Assembly: GCA_028826165.1 (NCBI GenBank)
Contig: JAPDFW010000125.1
Coordinates: 1-64,000, forward strand
Direction: 5' to 3'
Source of the DNA: Anaeramoeba ignava BMAN
Lineage: Eukaryota; Protista; Anaeramoebae
DNA length: 64,000 nucleotides
Part shown: in pieces, positions 62,420 to 64,000 of the stretch
Layout: every line of letters starts with the position of its first letter
Position numbering within the stretch: position 1 is the first letter of the stretch
Notes under the pieces: generated by a model
What the model was told of the DNA's origin: nothing
The model's database searches: none
Seen by the model: the letters and a program-made list of their open reading frames with translations, nothing else
Made by a program: the position numbers and the translations under genes

Positions 62420-64000
62420 GTAAATTTAAAATTAATTATAAAATTATATATAAAATTATTTATAAAATTAATTATAAAATTATTTATAAAATTAATTATA
62501 AAATTATATATAAAATTAATTATAAAATTAAATATAAAATTATTTATAAAATTATTTATAAAATTATTTATAAAATTATTTATAAAATTATTTATAAAAT
62601 TATTTATAAAATTAATTATAAAATTAATTATAAAATTATTTATAAAATTATTTATAAAATTAAATATAAAAATTAATTATAAAATTAATTATAAAATTAT
62701 TTATAAAATTAAATATAAAATTAAATATAAAATTAAATATAAAATTATTTATAAAATTATTTATAAAAATTATTTATAAAATTATTTATAAAATTATTTA
62801 TAAAATTATTTATAAAATTATTTATAAAATTATTTATAAAATTATTTATAAAATTATTTATAAAATTATTTATAAAATTATTTATAAAATTAAATATAAA
62901 ATTATTTATAAAATTTAATTATAAAATTATTTATAAAATTATTTATAAAATTAATTATAAAATTATTTTATAAAATTATTTATAAAATTAATTATAAAAT
63001 TATTTATAAAAATATAATTATAAAATTATTTATAAAATTATTTATAAAATTAAATATAAAATTAAATATAAAATTATTTATAAAATTCTTAAATAAATTA
63101 TTTTTAAAATTATTTATAAAATTAATTATAAAATTATTTATAAAATTAATTATAAAATTAAATATAAAATTAAATATAAAATTAAATATAAAATTATTTA
63201 TAAAATTAATTATTAAATTATTTATAAAATTATTTATAAAAATTAAATATAAAATTATTTATAAAATTAAATATAAAATTATTTATAAAATTATTTATAA
63301 AATTATTTATAAAATTATTTATAAAATTAAATATAAAATTAAATATAAAATTATTTATAAAATTATTTATAAAATTATTAATAAAATTATTTATAAAATT
63401 ATTTATAAAATTATTTATAAAATTAAATATAAAATTAAATATAAAATTAAATATAAAATTAATTATAAAATTATTTATAAAATTATTTATAAAATTATTT
63501 ATAAAATTATTTTATAAAATTATTTATAAAATTATTTATAAAATTATTTATAAAATTATTTATAAAATTAAATATAAAATTATTTATAAAATTAAATATA
63601 AAATTATTTATAAAATTATTTATAAAATTAATTATAAAATTATTTATAAAATTAATTATAAAATTATTTATAAAATTATTTATAAAATTAAATATAAAAT
63701 TAATTATAAAATTAATTATAAAATTATTTATAAAATTATTTATAAAATTAAATATAAAAATTATTTATAAAATTAAATATAAAATTATTTATAAAATTAT
63801 TTATAAAAATTAAATATAAAATTATTTATAAAATTAAATATAAAATTATTTATAAAATTATTTATAAAATTATTTATAAAATTAATTATAAAAATTAATT
63901 ATAAAATTATTTATAAAATTATTTATAAAATTATTTATAAAATTATATATAAAATTAAATATAAAATTATTTATAAAATTATTTATAAAATTAAATATAA
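62420..64000. repeat. Intron filled with (ataaaatta(t/a)(t/a)t)n 12-mer, running off the window
   Basis: GT donor at 62420, then a pure A/T 12-bp periodic array. Confidence 0.92.

Noticed and set aside
62420-64000. Telomeric repeat at the window end
   Set aside because: G-free degenerate 12-mer starting right after a GT donor, like the other intronic arrays.
1-64000. tRNA, rRNA, snRNA genes or inteins
   Set aside because: No GC-rich structured non-coding segment or Hint/intein motif recognised by eye; a tRNAscan-SE/Infernal/HMM search would be needed to exclude small AT-rich RNAs.

Overview
Extremely AT-rich eukaryotic nuclear DNA using the standard genetic code and spliceosomal introns. 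The style suggests an Anaeramoeba-like anaerobic protist; this is an inference, not a database result. Hand-splicing gives 16 apparently functional genes, most split across several ORF-track entries: two divergently transcribed DENN-domain Rab GEFs, PRP31, an EEP-family nuclease/phosphatase, a protein with two lambda-repressor/HNF1-POU-like HTH domains, a GSAP/pigeon-like protein, an RCC1-F-box-Arf fusion, a NICE-3/C1orf43-like protein, an unknown helical protein, a p24/GOLD protein, cytosolic GluRS, a redox-inactive PDI-like membrane protein, an RGS-DUF547 protein, an SBBP beta-propeller/Cys-rich/multi-TM surface protein, a coiled-coil protein and the 5' part of CARMIL. The first 8.4 kb holds two decayed genes. 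Intergenic spacers are mostly tiny (about 40-400 bp) and carry T-flanked TCATTT initiator-like motifs, whereas introns are inflated by private 6-20 bp tandem repeats. Four longer-unit satellites (about 145, 147, 160 and 316 bp) are also present. Main novel signals: (1) the RCC1-F-box-Arf protein has Met in place of the catalytic Gln71 and is spliced via a GC-AG intron; (2) synonymous codon endings flip from A/C to T/G across long exons, independent of gene orientation; (3) one satellite is a tandem amplification of an intron+microexon unit; (4) splice signals are minimal, including a pure GT-A7-(TCA6)8-G intron and an apparent GT-AT intron in GluRS.
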